A stretch of DNA of 64,000 bases from Camelus dromedarius (Eukaryota), in assembly GCF_036321535.1 (NCBI RefSeq), contig NC_087436.1, forward strand, positions 37,512,001-37,576,000, read 5' to 3'. Below the pieces are notes generated by a model, which saw only the letters and a list, made by a program, of their open reading frames with translations, made no database searches and had not been told where the DNA came from. Shown here one piece after another: positions 1 to 11,499 of the stretch (its first letter is position 1; every line of letters starts with the position of its first letter). The translations under genes were made by a program, and so were the position numbers.

Positions 1-1683
1 AGAGTTGCTATGGGGAGATGAGGGGAACAGCTCCACCACGGCACCCTGGCAACCTTGCACATCTTCCTATAGGACAGGTAGGCAAGGCTTAACCACCATC
101 TGACCTGAGTCTTGGCAGAATGCCTGGTGACACCTGGAGCAGGGGGAGAAAAGCCTGGTGGGTAGCCATGGTGAGGCAAGTCTCTGTCCCTGTTTCCTGG
201 GGGACTGACCACTTCTCATCCATCCCCCTAGTTTGATTTTACTAGAACACCGGACTTCCCACCGTGCCCCCACTTCAGGCCCAGCTACAGGCCTTTGTGT
301 AAGTCTGTAAAATTGCTTTTACTTTAGGGTAGAGGGGGTGGTCCTCATCTGCAGAGTACCCATTGTTCATGCCATCGGCCTCCTGGCCATTCAGGTTTGG
401 TGTCTTCTTTGGGCTGAGGGACCCAGGGAGCTGACACCGTGTTGATCTTGTTTTACTGGTTGTGTTTTTACCTTGTCTCCTTACTGACAGAATCTGTGCA
501 GTAGGAGTACTTCTGCCCTCTTAGCCACCACACTGCTGTTTGGGAATGCTTGACACTCGACAGGAAGTTATCCTGAAGGTAGGAAGGCATGCAAGTTAGA
601 CGATCGTGCTTAATAGAGTTGCCTGCCTGTGGCTACTGGACTGAGTCTGACTGATGGAAACTATAAGCTCCCCAAACATACGTCTTCCATCTTTGGTTTC
701 TTTGATGTCCTCCCACAGAGCATAAGCTCCGGGCTAGGTTTTTCAGGACCAAGCTCAACCAGAGTTTTGAAGAGCCTCCCCTGGTGACCTCTCCTGGTCT
801 GGAATGGATGCGGGCATCTCCCTGAGTTGCTCCCACCACCATTACACGCTTCTTTTCAGTTCCTTGAGCCGCCATGCAGCTGCTTTCTCCTGGTGCTGGA
901 GATAGGCCTTCTCCCTCTGCTAAGGAATTATTGAAAGGTCAGTGAACCGGCTCTGGGAACTCCATCTTGGCAGTTCCTTCTTAGTCTGTCTCTAAAAAGG
1001 ATTTAGCAGAAGCTGAACTTCTTGCTTCTTTTCCTATCTTAAAACTATGGATTTCTAGTGATTGATGTTGAAGTACTCAAGTAAGTGTTTATTGTTTGTA
1101 TCTATCTATGCAAAACTAAATTTGTTCTCCCTATGGCTGTGTTTCTGAGAAATACATCACCTTTTATACCAGAAAGATTGCAGATTATTAAGTCTCCTTA
1201 TAACATGTTCTCATATCCTGGGAGAAATAGAAGAGTCAGATTGTTTGGTACAGTGAAAATGAACATGTACTTTAAAGTCAGACAGTCTTAGTTCTAACTC
1301 TGTTCTACCATTTACTGTATTAAACAGATTGTAGGTTACATTTCCTTGCACTCTATCTGCCCCCATTAGAAGACGAAGCAAAGAAGTTAATAATGGATGC
1401 TGCTGCCCCACAGTGGTCAGTGCAGCCCCAGAAACTACAAGAAAGATGAAGTTTTACATCGTACTATATTTTAACAAAAATATTCATGCATATCCAGTTC
1501 TGATGATATCCCATTGGATTTCAGTATGAAGCAGCTAGTATTTACCTATTTTCACCTGTAAAACTTGAAAGCCCCTTTCAATATACGGATGAAGAAACAT
1601 TAACATTATTCAAAAAAAAAAACTTCCTGTGAAATTGAGATACCTGCAGACATTACAGGTTGGTAAACACTGTGTTTGGTGTT

Positions 1684-1825
1684 GGGACAATTATTTAATT
1701 TCTCTTTGCTCTAATTCCCTCATCTGTAAGCTTGGGAAAACCTATGCCCACCTTACAGGGCTGCTGTGAGAATGAATGACCCCACGTGGAAAGGACCTGG
1801 CACTTAGAGGGGACCCAATAGAAAG
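1684..1825 (+). mobile_element. MIR SINE fragment
   Basis: MIR core-like ccctcatctgtaa...ccttacagggctgctgtgagaat...cctggcactta. Confidence 0.7.
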
Positions 1826-1857
1826 AAACAGATTGTTATTCACAGCTGTGAAGTATT

Positions 1858-2092
1858 AATCAACAAATCAGACTAAACCAAAACAAACACGTAGATACAG
1901 AGGACAGAGTAGTGGTTACCAAGGGGAAGCAGGGAGGGCAAAATGGGTCAAGGGAGTCAACTCTATGGTGATGGATGGAAACTAAGCTTTTAGGGGTAAG
2001 CACACTGTAGGGTATACAGAAATTGAAATATAATATTGTACACATGAAACTTACAATGTTATAAACCAATGTTGCCTCAAGAAATTTTTTTT
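1858..2092 (+). mobile_element. L1 3'-end fragment (L1MA9/L1_Art-like)
   Basis: gatacagaggacagagtagtggttaccaagggg...ggtgatggatggaaacta...tgtacacatgaaacttacaatgttataaaccaatgtt is typical L1 3'UTR. Confidence 0.8.
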
Positions 2093-2971
2093 AAATGTTA
2101 GGTACATTTGTGTGTAGAATAGATGTATGGCCAATAAGGGTGATTGAGTTAAAAAAAGACTGTATGTACATTAGTAATATCTCAGATACATATGATACTC
2201 ATTTATACAAAACAATCTCAGGTAATCATGTCCATTGATAGTTTATTTTTGTTACTAAAATCTTGAATAATTACCATGAAAATACTTATTTTATTCGCAA
2301 ATGTGAAAATCCAAGCTAATCATTTGCATTCAGAAAACAAAAAGAGTGCTTGATTTCTTTTATTTCAGAAGCAATAATACATCCATCGAGGAGAATTAAG
2401 TGGTAAAAAATTTGCCAGGGCTATTGTAGATTTTGTAATTCCTTGCAAAGCTCTTATGTCTTTCCAGGCCAGTCCGGACTGCAGGCACGGTGTGGCCATG
2501 CCAGCGTTAATACAAAGCTGTCCCACTGCCTCGTGCCTCCCTCTTGTAATGCAGGACCTTCAGTTCCCTCAGCTTCTTTGTACCACAGTCCCCATCCCTC
2601 CCCAACTGAACCTCCCTTGATTATGAACATGCACCACCAATTACCTTGTGGACATAACTTGCTTGCTGTCCAGCTCATGGTGTGACAATGTGCATCAGAG
2701 CACCTTAATTGGACCACCAGAGTGATGGCCACTGTGAATCAATGACCTCAGTTTCATGACTGCTGTCCTTTGACTTTCCCATGCTGCTGGCAGAAATTTG
2801 CTGGGATCTGGGCAATTCTGGTGCTAGAGCCTCACTCCGTACTGTGGAGAAAAGTGGGAATTATACTATTGAAATTAATACCAAACTCTCAATATAGAGC
2901 TCTCTCTGGGACAAGTATTATTATCCCCATTTTACAGAGAAGAAAATGGAGGCACCAAGAGATGGATTTAG

Positions 2972-3478
2972 TGTATCAGTTATCTATTCTGTATAACAAA
3001 CTACTCAAAACCTGGTAGATTAACGAGACCACTGTTTGACTTGCTCGTGATCAGCAGGTTAGCAATTTTGGCTGGGCTCAACTGGGCAGTTCTTTTGCTA
3101 GTCTCATCTGTGGTCACTCATGAGACTACATTCATCTGGTGGTTTGATGGAAGCTCACTGTTTTAGAGGACCTTAGCAGAGACGGGTTATCTCTGTGCCA
3201 CGTGATTTCCTTTACACGGAGGCACCACATTTCAAGAGAATGAAAGCAGAAGCTTCAAAAGCCCTGGAGACCCAGGATTGGAAGTTGTATAAATGTCACT
3301 TCTATGATAAAGCAAGTCACATCACGGACCCAGATTCAAAGAATGGGGAAATAGAGGTTCCTCCACTTGGTGAGAGAAGTGGCAAAGTCACATTGCAAAG
3401 GCTGGGGGTTGCAGGCAGTAATAGAAGAAATTTGTAGCCTTTCTTTGCTGTTGTTGTTACAATCTCTCATCCATCACA
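2972..3478 (-). mobile_element. MaLR (MLT1-type) solo LTR inserted into a MIR
   Basis: TG...CA termini; tgtatcagttatctatt...ggctgggctcaactgggcagttc; imperfect 5-bp TSD tttag/ttaag. MIR halves lie at ~2905-2966 and ~3479-3545. Confidence 0.75.
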
Positions 3479-5439
3479 TTAAGTAAATTGCCCAAGCCCA
3501 TATAAATAAGAATTGATGGTGTCGGCATCTGGAGGCACCTGCTTCAGCATTGGGGTTTTAACATAGTGGCTACACTGGAAAGAGGCACACTTTCTCTTTC
3601 TACAGGGCATTAAGCTCTATCACCTTCTTCTGCCCCATTGGTCTCCAGTGTTTGACTACTTAGTTTGACCCTCAGACCTGGTTTAAACCTGGAGAGCAAA
3701 TTTCTGAAATGACAAAGTTGCCGTGATCTGTTCCTCAGAAATGTCCTGCAAACTGCCTCTCAGTAGCTCTGCCAACTAGTCCACTAATACGTGGACCCTA
3801 CTACACGCTCGTATTCACGGAAGCCTACACTGACTCAGGCATAGAAGTAGCTGTCAAGCTGTTCTGCAGATGAAAACGCATGCTTGACTTTAAAATTTTT
3901 TTCCTTTACTGCAATATCTACAAACAAGAAGTGATTTATTTTCAGGAGGAGGAATTTTATTAGATCCAAATCTAGTCTAAGTATCACTGTGAACCTGATC
4001 TGAACAGTGATTTCTTTAGTGGATTCTGAGGGAGAAACAGCATTAATGTATTTTAAAACAACAGTTTTACTTTTTTTTTCTTGAGAGCAGAGTGATGGAG
4101 GCTTAGAAATTAGCACTGATCTCATGCTTAAAGCAAAGTAAGTGAGGACTTAATGGACTAAAGCAACACTCTGGGTAAGGTGTAGACCCTGTGAGAATTT
4201 TACGTGACTTATAAGTAGAACCATTCGGTTTAAAATACAGATCTTCACATTGTGTTTGCAAGATGCTAAAACAGTTGGTAAAACAGCCAGCACATTATTC
4301 AAATTAGATTTTCAGTGTTGAGGAAATAACACATCTGAATTTTATGATTTTGAAGACAGAATTTATTTGCCTATATTTGATGTCCTTCACTATAATGTAA
4401 GCTCCATAAGATCAAAGACTTCTTCTCTCTTGTTTATCTGGTGCTGGTTTGTTGCCCAGCAATAAAACATTCTTAAGAGCACATAGAAGGGTCTTTCTAA
4501 ATATTTTTTGAATAAATTAATACATACCATCTTATCTGTCATTGTACTGATATCTGAGGCTTTTAAGGAATCAGTTGTGTTTATTTTTGTGATGTGGAGA
4601 AGAATGAGATTGCATTTATCTTTTGTATATAATATTTTTGCTTTTTGGTTGCAAAGAGCAAAGATTCGATATACCTCAAATAATTGGAGTTGTGGCGAGG
4701 CTATTTTGCAGTAATAAAGAGAAGGGAATCACTTTTGAATTTAAGGACAGTGACAGGTATGTAGGTCTCATGGAAACTGATGTGGGACCCAAAGTAGCAG
4801 CCATGTGGAGCTCAGCATGACGAATTCATGAGTCTCCAGGGCTCGGCCATGAATGTGACTCTGCTCTTCTCCAGCAGTGGAAAGGCCTGCTGTTTAAATC
4901 TGATTGCTTTTTACTACCTTGGTGTTTAATCTTTTTGGCATATCCGGTCTTTTTACTCTCTCCTATCTTCTGCCTTCTGCTTTGCTCTCAGTAGCCCGAA
5001 TAAACCCTCATGCTCCAAGTGGCCCAGGCTAGGTACAGTATCAAATTCAAAGAAATGTAGTCCAGTGGCCAACATTAACATAAAATAGTTTTTAATGTTT
5101 ACTTATATGCCTCCAAGTATTTGAAAAGGTTTCAAATCACTTCTCACAAGATTATTTCTCAAAACTCCCTTCTCTGTTCCACTCAGGTCTTTTCTTAGTG
5201 ATGCCCCACAAAACTCTTCTCACCTTGCTCATGCATCTTTTCAGGACACCCCAGACTGGAGATACAGTGTTGCTATGCTAATACTACTAGAAAGCCGTCC
5301 CACTGACTCACTGCCCCTCCTGTAATGCAGGACCTGTGGATCCCTCAGCTCCTTTGTTCTGCACTCCCCATCCCTCCCCAGAAGAGTCCCCCTTGATCAT
5401 GAACACATGCTCCTGTGATCTGTGGACATTCTTCTGTCT

Positions 5440-5570
5440 AATTCCTTCCTTCACCCATGTCACCCTTTTTTCTTATCTTCTTTTTCCCTGTTCTCCCTAT
5501 TCCTGTTCTTCTCTCTCTCCTCGTCTTTCCCTCCCTGCTCCCCTTTCCTCTCTCTTTCCCTCTCTTTACA
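5440..5570. repeat. CT-rich low-complexity polypyrimidine tract
   Basis: About 130 bp composed largely of C/T. Confidence 0.8.
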
Positions 5571-6958
5571 TCTCAGACTTATTCACACAAATATCTCATC
5601 CCAATATCTACCGCCCCCAACTTATTCCACACAGTCTGGTTAATAAAATGGCCCCTAGAGGGACATATCCAGGGAACATTTCTCTTAGTTAAGGAGTGAT
5701 GGTGGAGGGGAGAAAGGAGCTAGGAAGACTCATATACTAATAATTGCATCCTGTTATATTTGTTTGTCTTTAGGTTTTCTATTTTCTAATAACCCTTATG
5801 GCCCCCACTCTGACTCATGTCTTTTCTCTATACCCTCTGGCTTCATTCACACTGTATTCTTATTTTATTTCCTAAGTCTTAGGTAAAAGAGAAAGAATCC
5901 GAGTGGCTTCGACTTTGGGCACGATGTGGTCCAGTCAGCAAAGGACTAAGGGGAAGGGGTGGGGTCATGTGACCCACACATATATCTCCCTCAGCAGACA
6001 GGGAGAGAGGGCTGTGCCTTAGGCTGGCAGGATTGGCATACAAAGCAGGATTTTGGGTTCCTTCTTTAGGAAATCCCGGAGGCTGCAAAATACATTAGGC
6101 TTGCATGGACTCCAGAGAGGTTAATGGAATAATTTTCTTCTTTTAAATTTATCTGTGCAATTTTCTGGTTATTGGAATAACTGTTTTCTGTGATCATTTG
6201 CAAAGTTATTTCAATAAAAAGTGGGAATTTCATGTCAGATAAATATGAACCTTGGTTAGTTATCTAAATTGGATTTGGTTTTTATCCTTGACAGACTTCA
6301 TTGTAAATGGTCTTTCTTGTAGTAAACATGACAAAGAAAGACTTTCTCATTAGTGAAAGCAACTCTATACATTTGTCCCCCTTCTTTTCTCTTCCTGGAA
6401 AAAGATATGTAACAATTTTTCTTTAAAGGGAGAGGACTGGGGCAAAGACACCCACATTTTTCTATTATTGTCAGAAACTCTTGACTTAACAGATATTACT
6501 GACGAGAGGCTGACTGTATGCAAATGGAATTTGATTCTCTTCCATTAAAAACCTGAAGGAAATCTAACTGAAAAATGTTATTAAGTGAGAGACATACAAG
6601 CCAAAATAGTATGCTGAGCTGTTTGGGTTCTGTGTGGCTTTTCCACACCTTTTCCACACGTTTTAGTATCACAGACGACTGAAGTTCCTGGTGGAAAGAG
6701 GTGAGTAAATTTGGCCACTTCGCTGATAACCAGAGGATACCTTATTCTGGGACAACTAGTCCTGGTTCCTTCTAATTTGAAAGGGAAAAAGGAAGGAGCC
6801 GCTTCTGCTTGTCTAAAATGGTTCCTCCAGCACAAGAAAGTCATCAGATCAGGTGGTCACGGAACCCACTTGTGGCCCAGTTACATTGGTAACAAAAATG
6901 TTCGAGTTAGGAAATAATGCTTCCCAGGAGCAAAGTAAAAAGTCTTCAGTATATTGTG

Positions 6959-7128
6959 CACTTTTCTTGCTACACCGAGTCTGGGCCATGGACCAGTAGC
7001 ATCAGCCTCACCTGGAACCTGGTTAGACATGCAGCCTCAGTCCCATTCCAGACCGACTGAATTGGAATCTGCATTTTAACAAACTTCCCCATGAGGTCCA
7101 AATTCACAAGAAAGTTTGAGACCCACTG
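6959..7128 (+). mobile_element. MER5A-type hAT-Charlie MITE
   Basis: ggaccagtagcatcagcctcacctgg...gttagacatgcag...gaatctgcattttaacaa...aaagtttgagacccactg. Confidence 0.85.
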
Positions 7129-7624
7129 TCTATAATACATGATTGCTGTGTTCCATTTGGGGATAGATTATTTTGACCAGTGGTAATAGGCCACCACCGA
7201 GCACTTTTCATTAGCAAATAGACAGGCTACATATTTCTGTTTGATTTTTTGTTGTGCCATAGAGACAGTTACTACAGTAATCAGGACTTCTGCCATTAAA
7301 GCTTGTTTTTCCCAGCCATCATTATACCAAGAAGGGTGTGGAATTTAATACACAATCAAGTTAACTTGTCTGCCTGACTTCTTGATGACCAAAATCCAGC
7401 TGAGCCAAATTAAATGGGTGAAAATTTCCTCAATGTAAATAAACTTTCATGAAACTGTTTTACTCTGGTTTCTAGAAATTACAATTTTCCTTAATAAATC
7501 TCTATGTGATTGGACGCTTTTTCTCCTTTCTCTAGCCTACGCCTGGATTTTCAGAGTGATATCTAGGGATGTTATTATTAAAGTGTATTCATTCTTTGAT
7601 AGGCTTTGATCGATTTTTTTGCAT

Positions 7625-7915
7625 TTGTTCATTTATCCATTCATTTACTCATTCAACTAAAATTTGCTGAATGCCTAGTCACTATGCTGAACTTGAGACA
7701 CAAGGGTAAACAGTACACAATATATATTGTGTAAAGATTTTGAGGAAAGACAGCAGTTTTCCTGGAAAATGTGAGTTGTACTGTGTGCCTGGAGTTTAGC
7801 ATTCAAAGAGGACGTGGTGAGAGATGAAGTTGGGGAGAAAAGGAAGAGAAATCATGAAGAGCATTCTAGGGCTGTGTTAGGGGGTTTGAACTTTATTCTG
7901 AAGCAGAGGCACCAC
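7625..7915 (-). mobile_element. L2 LINE 3' fragment
   Basis: (ttca)n-like L2 tail cattcatttactcattcaac followed by L2-like body. Confidence 0.65.
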
Positions 7916-7921
7916 TATTCT

Positions 7922-8175
7922 GAGGCAGCAAATTTCAACCTAGGAGTTGTAACCTATTAAAGAGTCTTAAGTTCTTTGGTGAGTCAGGATAGGCAATTTT
8001 AAAAAATTGAAATGTAGTAGAATAGAGAATTTCAAAGCACATTTACATAGTAAAACTTTTGGCTGTGCATACACACACATGTGCAGTAAGAAATATCTTT
8101 TAGGTATGTGTGTGTATGTGTATATGTAATGTAAAGATATTTCCTATTGTGGGTCATGGTCAAAACCCCTACTGT
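7922..8175. mobile_element. Non-autonomous hAT-Charlie-like DNA transposon
   Basis: ...tagaatagagaat...atgtaaagatatttcctattgtgggtcatggtcaaaa...ctactg resembles the ends of Charlie-derived MER elements. Confidence 0.55.
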
Positions 8176-8921
8176 AAAGGGAGTCAAGTTCGAGCAGGTA
8201 TAATTGACCATAAGCAAATTAAATCCCTCAGAACTCAGCAGTGCCATAATTATGGTCCATTGCAATACACAGTGCCAATACTTTGTTTCAGGCAAGCCTC
8301 AAAATTGGATTACTAAACTGGAGGAACTGATGATGCAATTTCTAAAGATCAGAGATAATTGGAAAACTGACTTACCTGTGGTTAATTGCTGATAAAGTAG
8401 TACTTTTTATCCATCTTGAAATGTGTGGGTGTGGATGAGAGTGTGACAAAGGCAAACTGTTTAGATGAGAGTCTACAGAAAGATGTAAGTAGTGGCTGAG
8501 TGGATAAAAAAAAAAGTATGGCATCCTCTTTCTGGATAACATATTTTTGGATTGTGTTAAGTGCAGAGGTTACTAAATTATAACAAGGGAGTCCCACTCC
8601 TCAAAGAAATTTTCGAAAAAATATCCCAACAAGATTTGAAAACGTTTAGAAGAACAAAATGGGAAGTAAGCAGAGAGATGTGGAAGATGTAGAGATGAGG
8701 AGTAGAAAAGAAGGAAAAGAATGATCATGAGCTGTCTTCAGAGTCTAAATATATAGGCAGGAAAAGAATTAAGTTGTACTAATTTGGCAAGTAGTGAAGT
8801 CATTTAAAAGAAATAAGATAGATGCTTCCAAACCACTGACTCCCCTAAATAGATATCTTTTGTAAGGCCTGTTCTCCACACTAATTATGGGAAACCTGTG
8901 GTTTGGGGGCTGCTTTTCCCC

Positions 8922-9145
8922 GTGGCTGAGAGCATATGTTCTGAAGCCAGAATGCTTGCTCCAGCATTTATGGGAAATTGGAACAACCTTGGGCAAGATG
9001 CTTTATATCTCATTTCTTTCCACAGATGGAGGTCATAGCCATACGTACATTATGGTGTTGCTGCCTTGCAGATTTTATGCATTTATGGATTAATAATTAT
9101 TAGAACAATACCGAGCACATGGTAAATGATCAAAAAATGTCACTA
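8922..9145 (+). mobile_element. MIR SINE
   Basis: gtggctgagagcat...ccttgggcaag...agcacatggtaaatgatcaa. Confidence 0.7.
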
Positions 9146-9344
9146 GAGTGGAAGTTAGCCTTTACCTTTGAACATCAGCATCAGTGTGGCTCAGTCGTGA
9201 CCAAGGACACTTCCGGCGGCTAGAAAGCATCAACAGGGACAGAAGGAGAGAGAGAGAGCAGGCACGAGCAGGGACAGACTTGCATGATGTCACAGAACTA
9301 CATGTGTTAGTGAGGGCAGAGCAGGGAAAGAGACGAACGATAAA

Positions 9345-9733
9345 CCTATTGGCTGAGAAGTCCCACAGTCTGTTGTCTGCAGGTGGTGGTGGTCGTTCAA
9401 GGACCTGGGAGCCAGAGAACCAACATTGGAGATTTCAGTCTGAGTCTGAAGGCCTGAGAACCAGGGGCCTCCAGGGCAGGAGAAGACCAATTTCTTGGTA
9501 GTCGCGCAGAGAACAGATTCAAACTTTCTCTACTTTTTTGTTCTATTCAGCCTCTCAACAGATTAGGTGATACCCAGCCACACTGGGAAGGGCCATCTGC
9601 TTTACTGAGTTCACCAATTCACATTCTAATCTCCTCTGGAAGCACCTTCATAGACATACCCATAAATAATGTTTAACCAGACATCTGGGCACAGCATGAT
9701 CCATCAAGCTGACACAGAAAATTAGCTATCACA
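9345..9733 (-). mobile_element. MLT2 (ERVL) LTR
   Basis: cagtctgagtctgaaggcctgagaaccaggg...catctgctttactgagttcaccaattc...gacacagaaaattagctatcaca are hallmark MLT2 segments. Confidence 0.85.
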
Positions 9734-9902
9734 AGAAGTCACCTATCACACAGAAACTTCCTTTTACAAGTTGTCTGTTCAGGAACAGTGATTCAGAGAT
9801 GCAGAGAGAACAGAGAGAAAACAAAACCCAAAAAGAAGCCATAAAACATGTATCAACTGACATTCATTGTAGTTATTTTTTTTTCAACATAATTAGGCAT
9901 CT

Positions 9903-10115
9903 CATGGTATGATGGAGCTAGTCTGTACCAGCTCATGTGCGTCAACTATGTATATCTATTCCGAGCTTCACACTCATTGATACCATTTTGGTAGTTTGGA
10001 ATTGGCCATAGTGAGGGCATTTAAACTAGGGAAATTAACAAATAATTAACAAATCAGAAACTTTTTTCTTTTTAACCTGGAGAGCTGGTTGTTAACATTT
10101 ACCAGCACACCACTG
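9903..10115. mobile_element. MER63-type hAT-Blackjack MITE
   Basis: Terminal ttgttaacatttaccagcacaccactg, with a degenerate inverted copy catggtatgatgg at the other end. Confidence 0.75.
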
Positions 10116-10469
10116 CTTATTTCCCTTATAACATCGATGATAAACAATAGTCAGCATTCTGGGGATTACTCACCACCGTTGCGTTAATGCATATTGGCAT
10201 TTTCTCAGTCAACTTTAATCCAACATTTTACTTTTGTCTTTTAAATACTTGGCCTCCTTTATCCTTGTCTGAATTTAAACAAAATTTCTTGGAATTCTGC
10301 TTTGTAATTATGTTTACTTGTGGGTTATTGTTTGATGCCTGCCCTCCTTCCATGAAGAACAGCTGGGAGTGTTTGTCCCCCTGAAATTTTGATTGGTACC
10401 GTATTCCTTTTATATGTAATTTTGGAGATAATTGACATTTTTATGAAAAGTCACTGGCATTTGTTAAGT

Positions 10470-10560
10470 CATGTTAATTAGACAGAATAGTGGTCCTTCA
10501 AAGATGGCCACATCCTAATCCTTACAATCTATGACTATGTTACTTCATGTGGCAAAAGAT
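10470..10560 (+). mobile_element. MLT1 LTR 5' fragment
   Basis: cagaatagtggtccttcaaagatggcccacatcctaatcc...tatgttacttcatgtggcaaaaga. Confidence 0.7.
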
Positions 10561-11499
10561 GTTGGAGAATTCTTTAAATGTCATGATGAGAAATTAAAAA
10601 GTACTGAAGTTGTTCAGAATATCAGTCTGAAAAAGTTAATCACAGTTATAGCCTGGAAAGCATTCAATTAAACCAATGGACATTGCTTGCTGAAAATGAC
10701 TTGTGGGCTCTGCAAATACAATGATAATCATTATCTTTGAACTTGGTGAAAATGTTACTGCCAGATATTTCTTACAGCACCATGGAAAGAGTGACTGGTA
10801 AACTAGAAGAGAGTAAATGAAGCTTTATTCCGCAGTTTTTCATCCTAAAATATCAACTAATTCCTTTGAAGATTCATTCAGGAGTCCTTACCCAAGCACA
10901 AAAGTGATTTTAAAAAAGTCAAAAAACAGACCTGACAGTTTCTGAGTTTTATAGTTTGCCTGAAATTGCACCTTTGCAACCCAACTTACCCATGACGTCA
11001 CTTTCCACAACCAATGACAACGATTACCCTTCAACCCTCCTCTCCTTTCAGCTTTCTTCAAGTTTCCAGTCTCTTTATTTCTTCAGGGGTAACAGGTCAT
11101 CCAAGGTAACTGCCCTGTTTTTGTTGCAAATTTATCTGAATTTTTCTGATGTATTTATTAATTTCTGTGTGCTGGTTGCTATGTCTTGTTGGAAAAAAAT
11201 ATTCATGGCACCATGACAATGCTGCATACAGGGCATCATGCACACAAACCATTTGATAACAACCACTCTAAATGTTTTTGCAATCAGGGAGCAGTATTTT
11301 AAGCATTTTACATACTAAATGGTGGTTTTTACTATGTTTTAGTTACAGTTAAGGAAATCTGTTGGGAGTTTAATTTGGCATTTTACATAATGGTGAAATA
11401 GCTACCTGTGCACATTTTCACACAGAATGTCTCATTTTCATGAGTGGGGTTACTGATGGTAAGTAGGAGATATCTTGATTTAAGAGAGTACTGACTTCA

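Noticed and set aside
633..875. Minus ORF with KKRVMVVG..., superficially like a CR1 ORF1 esterase start
   Set aside because: The GDS motif is absent and the similarity does not extend. Region 1-1000 may be an old L1-like 5' region, but I cannot assign it.
5336..5699. Three overlapping ORFs
   Set aside because: Artefact of the stop-poor CT-rich tract.
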